NCBI GenBank assembly: GCA_040384845.1
Contig: JAZKIL010000014.1
Location: 40,227-104,226 of the forward strand
Direction of reading: 5' to 3'
From: Verrucomicrobiota bacterium
GTDB lineage: Bacteria > Verrucomicrobiota > Verrucomicrobiia > Verrucomicrobiales > Akkermansiaceae
DNA length: 64,000 bases
The position numbers were made by a program, and so were the translations under genes. Positions within the stretch are counted from its first letter, which is position 1; each line of letters opens with the position of its first letter. The notes beneath the pieces are model-generated. The model saw only the letters and a program-made list of their open reading frames with translations. It had not been told where the DNA came from and did not search any database. Below are positions 45,953-55,491 of this stretch, piece after piece.

Positions 45953-46377
45953 ATGAAATTTTGAGCCTACTGCTGAGATTCGCAGGCGCAGGATTAATCC
46001 TGCTGACCTTGGTTCATATTCCTATCGGCAAGATGCTGAAGTGGAAAGAGGACGGGCGAAAACTGAGTCCGGTGAACGAACAGGTCTTTCATGTTCATAC
46101 GTTTTTTGTCTGCTTGATCATTTTCATGATGGGGCTTCCGTGTTTGCTGATGCCATCCATGTTTCTGGAGAAAAGCCCTGCTGGATTATGGGCGTCGGGA
46201 TCGTTCGCTGTATTTTGGGGAACCCGATTGTTTTTCCAATTCTTTGTCTACCGATCGGATCTCTGGCGTGGGAAACGTTTGGAAACGTTGGTGCATTTCT
46301 TGTTCGCGCTGATCTGGCTATCCCTAACAACTCTATTCGGCGCATGTGCGGCGGTTCAATTGGACTGGATCGGGTGA
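45949..46377 (+). CDS. Small four-TM membrane protein
   Basis: Hydrophobic 142-aa ORF; ATGA-coupled to the methyltransferase. Confidence 0.8.
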   Translation: MNEILSLLLRFAGAGLILLTLVHIPIGKMLKWKEDGRKLSPVNEQVFHVHTFFVCLIIFMMGLPCLLMPSMFLEKSPAGLWASGSFAVFWGTRLFFQFFVYRSDLWRGKRLETLVHFLFALIWLSLTTLFGACAAVQLDWIG

Positions 46378-46745
46378 TTTTCGCGGGTAGCCCACCACCA
46401 AATCAGGGCGATGAAACATAGATTCAGCGCAACCATGCCTGCGGCGGAAATCAGCAGATCGCGAGCGAGGATGATCTCAAGCGTGTTCATGGAAATCAGA
46501 CCGAGCGTTTGGATGGAAGCGTTGAGTTTACGATGTTTCCCCCAGATCACCCAACAGCCTAACAAAATTTCCATGGTCCCGATACAAACCGTCGCGACAT
46601 CCGCAACCGACTCTCCGAGGATGCGCTCGACAATCATTTTGTGACGCGGGATACCGTCGAAAATCTTGCTGTAAAGTCCGTGGAAAATCCACACGCCTCC
46701 AATGAAGAAGGCGGTTATTTTTGGGAAGAGAGATGAGGTTGGCAT
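46356..46745 (-). CDS. DoxX-like family membrane protein
   Basis: VWIFHGLYSKI....PRH..IV.RILG, IG.MEILLG.W, MNTLEI.LARDLL. Confidence 0.82.
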   Translation of the reverse strand: MPTSSLFPKITAFFIGGVWIFHGLYSKIFDGIPRHKMIVERILGESVADVATVCIGTMEILLGCWVIWGKHRKLNASIQTLGLISMNTLEIILARDLLISAAGMVALNLCFIALIWWWATRENHPIQSN

Positions 46746-46749
46746 GGGA

Positions 46750-47691
46750 TTAGTTTACCTTCCATGCCGCCAGAGCCCCGCACAAATCCCCCAATGCGCA
46801 GCCGACGGATTTGAAGAGAGTGATTTCTTTGTCGTTTTGGCGAGCGGGTTGGGTTGCGCGGCAGAGATCGGCGAGCTGGCCTTTGACTTGATCTAACGAG
46901 AATTTTCCTTCGGAAACGGGAACGAGGATTTCCCCGGCTTCGCGGAAGCAGTTTTCCCGGCTATCGACATAAACGCTGGATTTCGTGACGAGTTCGGTGT
47001 CGCACTCGCGTTTGTCTTTGTGGTGGTTACCGAGGAAATCGGTGTGGGTTCCGGGTTTGATCCACTCGCCTCTAACAAGAATTTCCGTGCTTCCGGTGGC
47101 GGAGACGACGATGTCGGACTGACTGCAGGCTGTCGGGATATCTGAGGTGGTTTCGAAAAGGATTTCAGGAAACTCGACCGACATTTTTTCGCGTAGCGCA
47201 TCGGCCTTCTGAACGGAGCGACCCCATAACAAGATCCGTTTCAACGGACGGACGCTCGCGTGAGCGCGGATGAGAAACGGGGCGAGTTTACCAGTGCCGA
47301 GTAGCAACAGTGTTTCCGAATTTTCACGAGAGAGCAGACGAGAAGCGAGTGCTGAAACTCCCGCGGTACGCCAGCAGGTGACGCTTACCCCATCGATCAA
47401 CGCAAGTGGAGTGCCGGTTTTGCGATCGAACAACATGATCTGCGAATAGAGCGTTTGCGCGGGTGCTTGGTTGTGAGGAAAATAGGTGAAAGCTTTTTGC
47501 GCGATCACTTCGTCATTCCAGCTCGGTAGCATGGCGAAGGCATCGTGAGAGCCGGATTCGGCATCAAGCAACAGCACCTGCCGCGGCGGCATGGTGTGCG
47601 GGGCGGCAAAGGTCGCGCGCAGGGCATCGATGAATTCAGGGTAATGCAGCGAGGCATGGACTTGCTCGGCGGAAATCAATTTCAGACTCAT
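46750..47691 (-). CDS. Ornithine cyclodeaminase/mu-crystallin family reductase (LhpI-like)
   Basis: MLPSW, K..T.FP.N, RTAGVSALA, GTG, SATGS, VYVDSRE...EAGE, FKSVG.ALGDL. Start at MSLKLI. Confidence 0.9.
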   Translation of the reverse strand: MSLKLISAEQVHASLHYPEFIDALRATFAAPHTMPPRQVLLLDAESGSHDAFAMLPSWNDEVIAQKAFTYFPHNQAPAQTLYSQIMLFDRKTGTPLALIDGVSVTCWRTAGVSALASRLLSRENSETLLLLGTGKLAPFLIRAHASVRPLKRILLWGRSVQKADALREKMSVEFPEILFETTSDIPTACSQSDIVVSATGSTEILVRGEWIKPGTHTDFLGNHHKDKRECDTELVTKSSVYVDSRENCFREAGEILVPVSEGKFSLDQVKGQLADLCRATQPARQNDKEITLFKSVGCALGDLCGALAAWKVN

Positions 47692-47761
47692 GTTTGGCGA
47701 GACATTGAAGCCAAAGCCACCCATTGCCAAGTAGTGATGGTTGGTAATTCGACGTAAGCTT

Positions 47762-47854
47762 ACCACAGAGTCACGGAGGAAGACGGAGGACACTGGAAGA
47801 AGTTATAAATTTTAATATTTCCGTGTCCTCCCTCTTCCTCCGTGACTCTGTGGT
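47762..47854. repeat. 22-bp perfect inverted repeat (REP/MITE-like) between divergent genes
   Basis: ACCACAGAGTCACGGAGGAAGA (47762-47783) and TCTTCCTCCGTGACTCTGTGGT (47833-47854); pairing extends inward after one mismatch. Confidence 0.75.
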
Positions 47855-47914
47855 CAAAAAAGCCCACTTGCCCTCCGGCTTGCAATTGTCTGGGCAGGGT
47901 TTAAAGATCACGGC

Positions 47915-48937
47915 GTGTTTGAAACTCAGATCATAGAAGCCACCGACGACGGGATGAAGGATGCGCAGAATGCTGCGGTCGCGCTTTTGCAGCAGGGTGA
48001 GGTTGTCGCTTTGCCAACGGAGACGGTTTACGGGCTTGCGGCGGATGCGTTCAATCCAGCGGCTGTGGCGAAAATTTTCGCCGCGAAAGAGCGCCCGGAT
48101 TTCGATCCCTTGATTGTGCACATTGCATCGGCGCGGGATTTGGATCGAGTCGCGATCGTGCCAGAGGAAATCCGCCACATCGTGAACCAACTCACCAACG
48201 AATTTTGGCCGGGACCGCTTACTTTGATTTTACCAAAAACACCCGAGGTTCCGGATCTCGTCACCAGCGGCTTGCCCACGGTCGGTGTGCGGCAAAGCGG
48301 TCATCCGATTTTCCGGGCGATCAATAAAGCTCTCGGAAATCCCATCGCCGCGCCGAGTGCGAATCGCTTCGGGCGGATCTCTCCCACATCTGCTTCCGCA
48401 GTGATGAAAGAACTCGGCGGTCGGATTCCACTGATCGTAAATGCCGGTGCGTGTAACGAAGGTTTGGAAAGCACGATCATTCGCATTGAGACCCGTGAAG
48501 GCAAGAAGCCGATTTTTTACGTCCACCGCGCGGGCCCGATCAGCAAGGAGCAGTTGCAGAAATTTGGAAAAGTGCAGGCGGTGAAGCCCGGCGACAAACT
48601 GCAATCGCCCGGTCAGTTAGAGAGCCATTACGCGCCGCTCACGCCGTTTCGCCTGATTGAAAAGCCCGGCGATTTCACACCGGAGATTGGCAAAAAATAC
48701 GGACTGCTGAGTTACACCGGAGAAGAAGGCGGGGAATTTGTTCGAATGCATCGTTGGGATAGCGTGGTCGCGCTCAGTCCCGGCAGCGGAAAACTTTCCG
48801 AAGCGGCGGTGCGTTTGTTTTACGCGATGCGTGAAATGGATGAGATGGGTCTCGACGAAATCATCGCCGAGCCAGTCAGCGAAGTGGGCCTCGGGGTGGC
48901 GATCATGGACAGGCTGCGAAGGGCTTCAGCGAGGTGA
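47915..48937 (+). CDS. tsaC: L-threonylcarbamoyladenylate synthase, Sua5 type
   Basis: PTETVYGL, K.RP..DPLIVH, WPGPLT, AAPSANRFG.ISPT, GLEST, SPG.L.SHYAP, AIMDRL.RAS. Confidence 0.95.
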   Translation: MFETQIIEATDDGMKDAQNAAVALLQQGEVVALPTETVYGLAADAFNPAAVAKIFAAKERPDFDPLIVHIASARDLDRVAIVPEEIRHIVNQLTNEFWPGPLTLILPKTPEVPDLVTSGLPTVGVRQSGHPIFRAINKALGNPIAAPSANRFGRISPTSASAVMKELGGRIPLIVNAGACNEGLESTIIRIETREGKKPIFYVHRAGPISKEQLQKFGKVQAVKPGDKLQSPGQLESHYAPLTPFRLIEKPGDFTPEIGKKYGLLSYTGEEGGEFVRMHRWDSVVALSPGSGKLSEAAVRLFYAMREMDEMGLDEIIAEPVSEVGLGVAIMDRLRRASAR

Positions 48938-49046
48938 TTGCGTAATCAGTAATCGGCAAGTCATTGATTATCAATGGATTACATCCCAACTCCTAATTAA
49001 CTCCTAATTTCTCCTAAATTAGGAGTTGAGCGATCCCCCTCACGTT

Positions 49047-50468
49047 TTAAGCGATAATCCCATCGATCACTTTCGCGGGCTCGACCCCGGTGAGTTTGTA
49101 ATCGAGGCCTTGGAATTTTTTAGTGAAGCGGGCGTGGTCGATGCCGAAGCGATCTAACAGCGTAGCGTGAAGATCGCGGACGTGGACGATTTGATCGACG
49201 GAGTTGTAGCCGAGTTCATCGGTTGCGCCGTGGACGTGACCGGGCTTGATTCCTGCGCCGGCCATCCAGATGGAGAAGGCGCGGATGTGGTGATCGCGAC
49301 CGGTTCCTTGGCCCATGGGCGTGCGGCCGAATTCGCCGCCCCAAATGACCAATGTGTCTTCTAACATACCTCGTTGTTTCAGGTCTTTAATGAGAGCGGC
49401 GGAGGCTTGATCGGTTTGCTTTGCTGCGTCGGGCATATTTTTTTCGATCCCGCCGTGGTGATCCCAACCGCGATGATAGAGCTGCACGAAACGCACGCCG
49501 CGTTCTAACATCCGGCGGGCTAGCAGGCAGTTTGATGCGAACGAACCATCGCCCGCTTCTTTCACCCCATACATGTCGAGAATGTGTTTGGGCTCGCCTT
49601 TCATATCGGTGAGTTCCGGCACGGATGACTGCATGCGGAAAGCCATTTCATATTGGGCGATGCGGGTTTCGATTTCAGGATCGTAATGATGTTCACGCAA
49701 CATGCCATTGAGGCGCTGAACTTCTTCGATGACCTGACGCTGGGTGGATTGGCAAACGCCATCCGGACTGCCGACATAGTGAACGGCGTCGCCTTTCGAC
49801 TGGAACTGCACTCCTTGAAACTTGGAAGGCAAGAAGCCGGAGGACCATTGACGCGAGGAAATCGGCTGATCCGGAGAATTTCCTCTGGAAACCATCACGA
49901 CGTATCCAGGTAAATTCTGAGTTTCCGAGCCGAGTCCGTAGAGCAGCCACGAACCCATGCTGGGTCGGCCTTTCAGGATGGAGCCGGAGTTCATGAACGC
50001 ATGAGCCGGATCATGATTGATCTGCTCGGTGACCATGGAACGGATCACGCAGATGTCGTCTGCAATCGAACCGATGTTAGGAAAAATATCCGAGATCTCG
50101 ATGCCGGCTTGTCCGTATTTTTTGAAGCCCGTGAAAGAACCGCGAGCGATGAGCTGACTGCCTTGAAGTTGCGCAAGTTGTTGCCCCTTGGTGAAAGATT
50201 CCGGAAAGGGTTTGCCGTTGAGGTTATTGAGCTCGGGCTTCGGATCGAACGATTCCAAATGCGAAGGCCCACCGGCCATGCAAAGATGGATCACGCGTTT
50301 TGCTTTGGCAGGAAAATGCAAACCACCTTGTTCATAAATCCGTGGTAGAGACACGCCGCCTGCGAACTGCGAGAGCGCAATTCCACCGAGCCCGGCGAAA
50401 CTTCGTTTCAGGAAAGTTCTGCGGGACCAATCGGTTTGGAGCGCTTGTTGGAGGTGATGGGGGTTCAT
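49047..50468 (-). CDS. DUF1501 (sulfatase-like) protein with Tat signal
   Basis: SRRTFL, AKRVIHL.MAGGPSHLESFDPKP, NHDPA, RGVRFVQLYH.GWDHH, GGEFGRTP, GRDHH. Start at MNPHH. Confidence 0.92.
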   Translation of the reverse strand: MNPHHLQQALQTDWSRRTFLKRSFAGLGGIALSQFAGGVSLPRIYEQGGLHFPAKAKRVIHLCMAGGPSHLESFDPKPELNNLNGKPFPESFTKGQQLAQLQGSQLIARGSFTGFKKYGQAGIEISDIFPNIGSIADDICVIRSMVTEQINHDPAHAFMNSGSILKGRPSMGSWLLYGLGSETQNLPGYVVMVSRGNSPDQPISSRQWSSGFLPSKFQGVQFQSKGDAVHYVGSPDGVCQSTQRQVIEEVQRLNGMLREHHYDPEIETRIAQYEMAFRMQSSVPELTDMKGEPKHILDMYGVKEAGDGSFASNCLLARRMLERGVRFVQLYHRGWDHHGGIEKNMPDAAKQTDQASAALIKDLKQRGMLEDTLVIWGGEFGRTPMGQGTGRDHHIRAFSIWMAGAGIKPGHVHGATDELGYNSVDQIVHVRDLHATLLDRFGIDHARFTKKFQGLDYKLTGVEPAKVIDGIIA

Positions 50469-50469
50469 G

Positions 50470-53400
50470 TCAGAATCTCGTGATCGTTTCGTGCAGGTTG
50501 AGGATGACGCGGCAGAGCTGTCCCGTCGCATCCGTTTTTGGATCCTCTTTGCGGAGTTTTTCAAGAAAGGCGATGAGATTGTCTCTTTCTTGCGGGGTCG
50601 GTTCGCGCGATAGGGCGAGGAGGTAGGCGCGGTTGATTTTTTCCGCGTCTGAACTGTTAGGAAGTTCGGTTTCGAGGCGGGCGGCGAGACCTTTGGCAGC
50701 TTCCACGAATGTGGGATCGTTGAGAAGGGTCAGTGCCTGCTGGGGAGAGTTCGATTGGAAGCGATCAATGGCGCATTCTTCGCGAGAAGGAGCGTCGAAA
50801 GCGGCGAGCATGGGATGGATAAACGTCCGCTGCCAATGGATGTAGAGTCCGCGCCGGTATTGATCGGACCCGATGGAAGCGGTGTATTGACGTTGAGGGA
50901 AATTGAGGTTCGCCCAGTAATCTTCTGGCTGATAGGGAAGAATCGATGGCCCACCGGTTTGTTCGGCGCGAAGCAGGCCTGAGATGGCAAGGGCGTTATC
51001 GCGCACGAATTCGGCTTCCAGACGGCGTGCGGATTGTTCGGAAAGCAAGCGATTGGCGGGATCGATTTCTGCGAGCTGTGGATTTTTCGCGGAGACCTGT
51101 TGGTATGTTTCAGAAGTGACGATTAGGCGCACCATGTGTTTCACGTCCCATTTGGAACTTTGGAACTCCATAGCAAGCCAATCGATGAGTTCGGGATGCG
51201 AGGGCCACTCGCCTTGGTTGCCGAGATCGTCCAGAATGTTAGAAAGTCCTTTGCCGAAAAATTGTTTCCAAAGGCGATTCGAAAAGTGGCGGGACGTGAG
51301 CGGATTTTCCGGAGCGAGCAGCCACTCCGCGAGATCCATGCGGTTGAGGCGTCTGCCGGGTGTTGGCGCATCTTTTGTTAGAAAGGCAGGAAAGGCCGGC
51401 TCGACCTTCTCGGTGGGGTTCATCCAATCGCCGCGCGGAAGCAGGTGCCCTTGTGGGATTTTATCCGGAGGCAGGACTTGCGAGATCAGGGTATGAGCGT
51501 ATCCGGCTTGAGCGGCGAGCATTTGGGTGCGGGCCGTTTTGTAGTTGGCGGGAAGTTTATCATCCGGTGTGGTGGCAAGCAGGAATGCGGCTTCGATCTC
51601 CGGATGAAGCGGATTGCCGGTGTTGAAAGCGGAAGCGAGTGCCGGGGTTAGCGCATCTTTTTCTCCGGGGACAGGATCGGCAAACGGGCTGACACTGAGA
51701 CGGAATTTTCCGATATCCGCTGAAGCAAGGGTGAGAGTCAGCGTGGAGTTTTCGGCTGGGGAAACGGATTGTTTCAAATGAAAATGAGCGTGATGAGGAA
51801 TGCTTGCGGCATCCGAGGGCTCTTCGAAAGTCGCGGGGGCGGATTGCCAGGTTTCTTCTAACAGCGGCGATTGAAAACCATTGTTATAGCTTTTCGGGGT
51901 GCGGCGATCGGCCTGTTGGTAGGCGAAGCTCAGGGGATCGGCGTTGATTGCAAAAGTTGGAGTGGCAGTGAATTTACCAGTTGGGCTACGGCCGATGCGG
52001 TTGTTGTTCGCCGCGTCGGGGAGGACTTCGAGGCGGAGTGTTTTTATAGGAACTCCTAGGGGAACAGAATAAGTGACGGTGATGGCTTCCTTATCCACAG
52101 GTGGGCCGGAGATAAGAAGAGTGCCGTCTGAAGATTGGCTGGGCGGATTCAATCCACCGCCACGGGTGATGGTAGTGGCTTTCAGCGGCAGCCAGCCATC
52201 GCGATTCGCCTGATAAAAAGCAGCGGTGGATTTGCTCCAAGCTTCCAGAGTTGCAGGATCGTAAGACATGCCTTTCACGGCGGCAACGGATGCTTGGCGG
52301 GCGTTTTCCAGGCGCCACTGCGAAGCGCGGTTTTTGGCAAATAGCTCGGGAGCAAAGGGAGAATCGTTGTTGAACCCTTTTAGATCCGTATTGGGAGTAT
52401 AGTTGTAATCGGCATAAACACCCCATTGGCGAACATCGTTAAAGAAGGCAGCTAGCGAATAGAAATCACGTATCGTGAAGGGATCGAACTTGTGGTCGTG
52501 GCACTCGGCGCAGCCGGTGGTGAGTCCAAGCCATGCTCCACCAATCGCACGGACACGATCGCTGGCGGATTTCGCAAGATATTCCTTTGTTTGAGCACCG
52601 CCTTCACGGGTCATGAGGTTGAGGCGAAGAAAGCCGGTGGCGGTTTTTTGTTCCTCAGTGGCATTTGGGATGAGGTCGCCTGCGAGCTGTTCACGGGTGA
52701 ATTGGTCGAAGGGCTTGTTAGAGTTGAAGGAATCGATGACGTAGTCACGGAATGGAAAGATGCGGGCGTTTTGATCGCCATGGTAACCCACGGTGTCGGC
52801 GTAGCGGACGGCATCGAGCCATGTGACGGCCATGCGCTCACCGTAATGCGGGGAGGCCAGGAGGCGGTCGACTTGTTTTTCGTATGCGTTCGGGGATTCG
52901 TCGGAGAGGAAGGATTGGATTTCTTCAGGTGTGGGAGGGAGGCCGATGAGGTCGAGGGAAAGGCGGCGCAGGAGGATGGCTTTTTCCGCAGGAGGCGAAG
53001 GTTTCAGTCCGTGTTTGGCGAGGTTGCTGCGGACAAACGCATCGATGGGATTTTTCGTGTCGGTTTGTGGCACGTTGGGTTTCGTGATCGATGCAAAAGC
53101 CCAATGCTCTTGGTATTTCGCGCCTTGTTCAATCCAACGGGTAATGAGCTGTTTTTCCTGATCGGAAAGGGGTTTGTGAAAATCCTCCGGCGGCATGATG
53201 TCATCGGGATCTGCGGTTTGGATGCGCTGCCAGACGACGCTATCCTTGGGATTTCCGGGAACGATGGCGTGTTTTTTCTTATCGCTTTCGAGCGCAGCGT
53301 AAGCGCCCTCAACCGTGTCGAGGCGAAGATTTTCCTCGCGTGTGGTGGAGTCAAAACCGTGACAGGAGAAGCATTTATCGGAGAGGATGGGCCGGATGTG

Positions 53401-53568
53401 GGCGTTGAAGCTGACGGTTTCCGGAATGCTGGACGTTGTGGACTGGGTCGGCGACTGTGAGATGGCCTGAGAGGATTTGCGCTCACCCATCCCGAGCCAT
53501 ACTAACACACCTATCAAGCTGGTGATGCAAAGCGCGGATAAAGTGAGAATAAGGCGGGTGCGTGGCAT
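50470..53568 (-). CDS. PSD1/PSCyt2 (DUF1549-DUF1553) protein with N-terminal planctomycete cytochrome c domain
   Basis: CFSCH and CAECH haem motifs, LLRRLSLDLIGLPPT, LLASPHYGER, PSHPELIDWLA, RRLEAEFVRD, PQQALTLLND. Confidence 0.93.
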   Translation of the reverse strand: MPRTRLILTLSALCITSLIGVLVWLGMGERKSSQAISQSPTQSTTSSIPETVSFNAHIRPILSDKCFSCHGFDSTTREENLRLDTVEGAYAALESDKKKHAIVPGNPKDSVVWQRIQTADPDDIMPPEDFHKPLSDQEKQLITRWIEQGAKYQEHWAFASITKPNVPQTDTKNPIDAFVRSNLAKHGLKPSPPAEKAILLRRLSLDLIGLPPTPEEIQSFLSDESPNAYEKQVDRLLASPHYGERMAVTWLDAVRYADTVGYHGDQNARIFPFRDYVIDSFNSNKPFDQFTREQLAGDLIPNATEEQKTATGFLRLNLMTREGGAQTKEYLAKSASDRVRAIGGAWLGLTTGCAECHDHKFDPFTIRDFYSLAAFFNDVRQWGVYADYNYTPNTDLKGFNNDSPFAPELFAKNRASQWRLENARQASVAAVKGMSYDPATLEAWSKSTAAFYQANRDGWLPLKATTITRGGGLNPPSQSSDGTLLISGPPVDKEAITVTYSVPLGVPIKTLRLEVLPDAANNNRIGRSPTGKFTATPTFAINADPLSFAYQQADRRTPKSYNNGFQSPLLEETWQSAPATFEEPSDAASIPHHAHFHLKQSVSPAENSTLTLTLASADIGKFRLSVSPFADPVPGEKDALTPALASAFNTGNPLHPEIEAAFLLATTPDDKLPANYKTARTQMLAAQAGYAHTLISQVLPPDKIPQGHLLPRGDWMNPTEKVEPAFPAFLTKDAPTPGRRLNRMDLAEWLLAPENPLTSRHFSNRLWKQFFGKGLSNILDDLGNQGEWPSHPELIDWLAMEFQSSKWDVKHMVRLIVTSETYQQVSAKNPQLAEIDPANRLLSEQSARRLEAEFVRDNALAISGLLRAEQTGGPSILPYQPEDYWANLNFPQRQYTASIGSDQYRRGLYIHWQRTFIHPMLAAFDAPSREECAIDRFQSNSPQQALTLLNDPTFVEAAKGLAARLETELPNSSDAEKINRAYLLALSREPTPQERDNLIAFLEKLRKEDPKTDATGQLCRVILNLHETITRF

Positions 53569-53658
53569 GGGCGGATCAGAGTAGAGAAATGCTTTATGAG
53601 CAATTAACTACGAAGCGACCCTAGGTCAAATTACAAACCCTGCACTTTTGATCTATCC

Positions 53659-54174
53659 TCACTTTTTCACATCGCTACCCGCGAATGGCAATTTGGATTG
53701 GTTAACATCGATGTAGCCTCCGAGTTCGTAAACGTTGGTGTAGCCGTAGGTCTGGAGTGAAATCAGAGTGGAGAGATTGAGCGAGGCACCGGCTCTTTTC
53801 ATAGGCATAGAGACGGGTGCCTTGTCGAAGTTGTTATTGCAGTAGATGAGGATCCGCGTGTTTTTATTGGGGAAAATTTTCGCGAGGGCTTCCTCGGTGA
53901 AATCGGTAAACGGCAAGTTCACCGCACCTTTCAGATGCAGCATGGCAAATTTATCGGCACTACGGGCATCGAGGACGATCGTGTCCTTCTCTGCTGCCAT
54001 CTTGAGAAAGGCGTCCTGATCGATCACGCGGTTGATGCGTTGGGTTTCGACGGTGTGGGCATCGTTTAGGAAAGCTTGGATATCGACGTGTGGATTCTTT
54101 GGCGTTTCGGCGAAGGCGGAGCTGAAACCGATGGAAAGGACGCAGAGCAGTTTTAAATGGATGGATGTTTTAAT
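53659..54174 (-). CDS. Secreted rhodanese-like protein, probable non-canonical ATT start
   Basis: LDARS..KF...HLKGAVNLPF, ILIYCNNN, VYELGG. The frame is open upstream to a TAA and encodes a signal peptide (I)KTSIHLKLLCVLSIGFSSAFA with no ATG. Confidence 0.8.
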   Translation of the reverse strand: MKTSIHLKLLCVLSIGFSSAFAETPKNPHVDIQAFLNDAHTVETQRINRVIDQDAFLKMAAEKDTIVLDARSADKFAMLHLKGAVNLPFTDFTEEALAKIFPNKNTRILIYCNNNFDKAPVSMPMKRAGASLNLSTLISLQTYGYTNVYELGGYIDVNQSKLPFAGSDVKK

Positions 54175-54238
54175 GACGCTGCGAGATTAGCACCATGAAG
54201 CAGCGGCTTTGTGTAAAGACGCTGTAAATTTTATGCGA

Positions 54239-55327
54239 CTAATCCGCTTTTAAATCCAAGCCCGCAGTGAATTGGGAAAATTGCTGTTTCAGAGAATCGT
54301 TCCACATGTTTTTCCCTTTTGCCGCAGCTTGCCATGCATTCGCGGCGGCTGTGCATTGTTCTAACAGCTTGGCCGATCCGGGTTTATCTTTCCACATGGC
54401 CGGTGGATATTTTTTCATGAAACCGATTAATAAATCGTCCGGGATTTTTTCGGTGTCGGCTTTTTTGAAAGCTGCCGGAACCATCTTATCGACCTCGGCT
54501 TGGCTAACGTTGTTAGAAGCGGAAGGCTTCGGTGCAGCGGTGGATTGTTTCGGAATTTCATCCAGGTTTTTCCAAGCATCACTGATGACCACAGGTTCGG
54601 TGGCGGATGCCCCTGGCAGGCCGGTGGCGAGTTGGAAACATTGTCTCGCGAGATCCCATGCGCCATCTGACATCCCGTGACCCACATCTGGCCAAGTGGC
54701 GGAGATATAACAGAAACCTTGTTTATCGATCTCCTCGCGGAAGCGTTCGTGCCACTGCAGGCGGGTGTAGGGAGCGGTGTCGAAAGATTTCCCAGTGTCT
54801 TTTTCTCCGCATGAAATGGCGAAGGGAATTTTTTTCGCTTTTGCGTTTATCTGGCCGTAATTATCGGTAGCCCATGAGCCGCCGGAATGTGAAGAGACCC
54901 CGCAAACGTATTGGGGATTCAGCATGGTGAAGCGATGCGTGAACTGGCTGCCGCCGGAAAAACCGTGGAGAAACATTTGATCGCGCAGCTTGTAGGTTTT
55001 TTTGAGCGTCTCAAAAAGCGCGATGAGTTTTTCCGCATGTACACCATCGCCATTTTGATAAGGGCGATCCCCTTTTGAAATAAATGACGGCCCGATCACA
55101 ATCACATCTCCGCGCTGGGCCCAATCTTTCATTTTGGCTGCGCCGTTGCCTTTTCCTCCGGCACCGTGGACCCCAACGACGAGTTGATAGGTTTTAGCGG
55201 GATCGATAACGTCCGGCGTGTAAATAAAGCAATCCATGTCTTGTGAGTCTTTTATGACGCTCTCTGCGGCAAATAGACGGGCGTAACAAATTGCTGCAAG
55301 GATGATGGTGCAAAAAATGGATTTCAT
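54239..55327 (-). CDS. Secreted alpha/beta-hydrolase (esterase/depolymerase-like)
   Basis: Signal peptide, VGVHG, GFSGG nucleophile elbow, CGEKD, GHG. Confidence 0.75.
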   Translation of the reverse strand: MKSIFCTIILAAICYARLFAAESVIKDSQDMDCFIYTPDVIDPAKTYQLVVGVHGAGGKGNGAAKMKDWAQRGDVIVIGPSFISKGDRPYQNGDGVHAEKLIALFETLKKTYKLRDQMFLHGFSGGSQFTHRFTMLNPQYVCGVSSHSGGSWATDNYGQINAKAKKIPFAISCGEKDTGKSFDTAPYTRLQWHERFREEIDKQGFCYISATWPDVGHGMSDGAWDLARQCFQLATGLPGASATEPVVISDAWKNLDEIPKQSTAAPKPSASNNVSQAEVDKMVPAAFKKADTEKIPDDLLIGFMKKYPPAMWKDKPGSAKLLEQCTAAANAWQAAAKGKNMWNDSLKQQFSQFTAGLDLKAD

Positions 55328-55491
55328 GATGGAAAACGTTAAGATCTACATGAGAATTACGGAGTGATTTTATAACTTCTCCGAGGCGCTGCCGTTGGAA
55401 GGATTGAGAGAAGAGCCAGTGATAAGAGGGATAAAATACGGCTCACATTGATACTATTTCAAAAGCATGGAACATGTGCAAACCCTAAGAA

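Noticed and set aside
48964-48975. FNR-like box TTGAT-T-ATCAA
   Set aside because: The spacer is 1 nt rather than 4, and it lies between convergent 3' ends.
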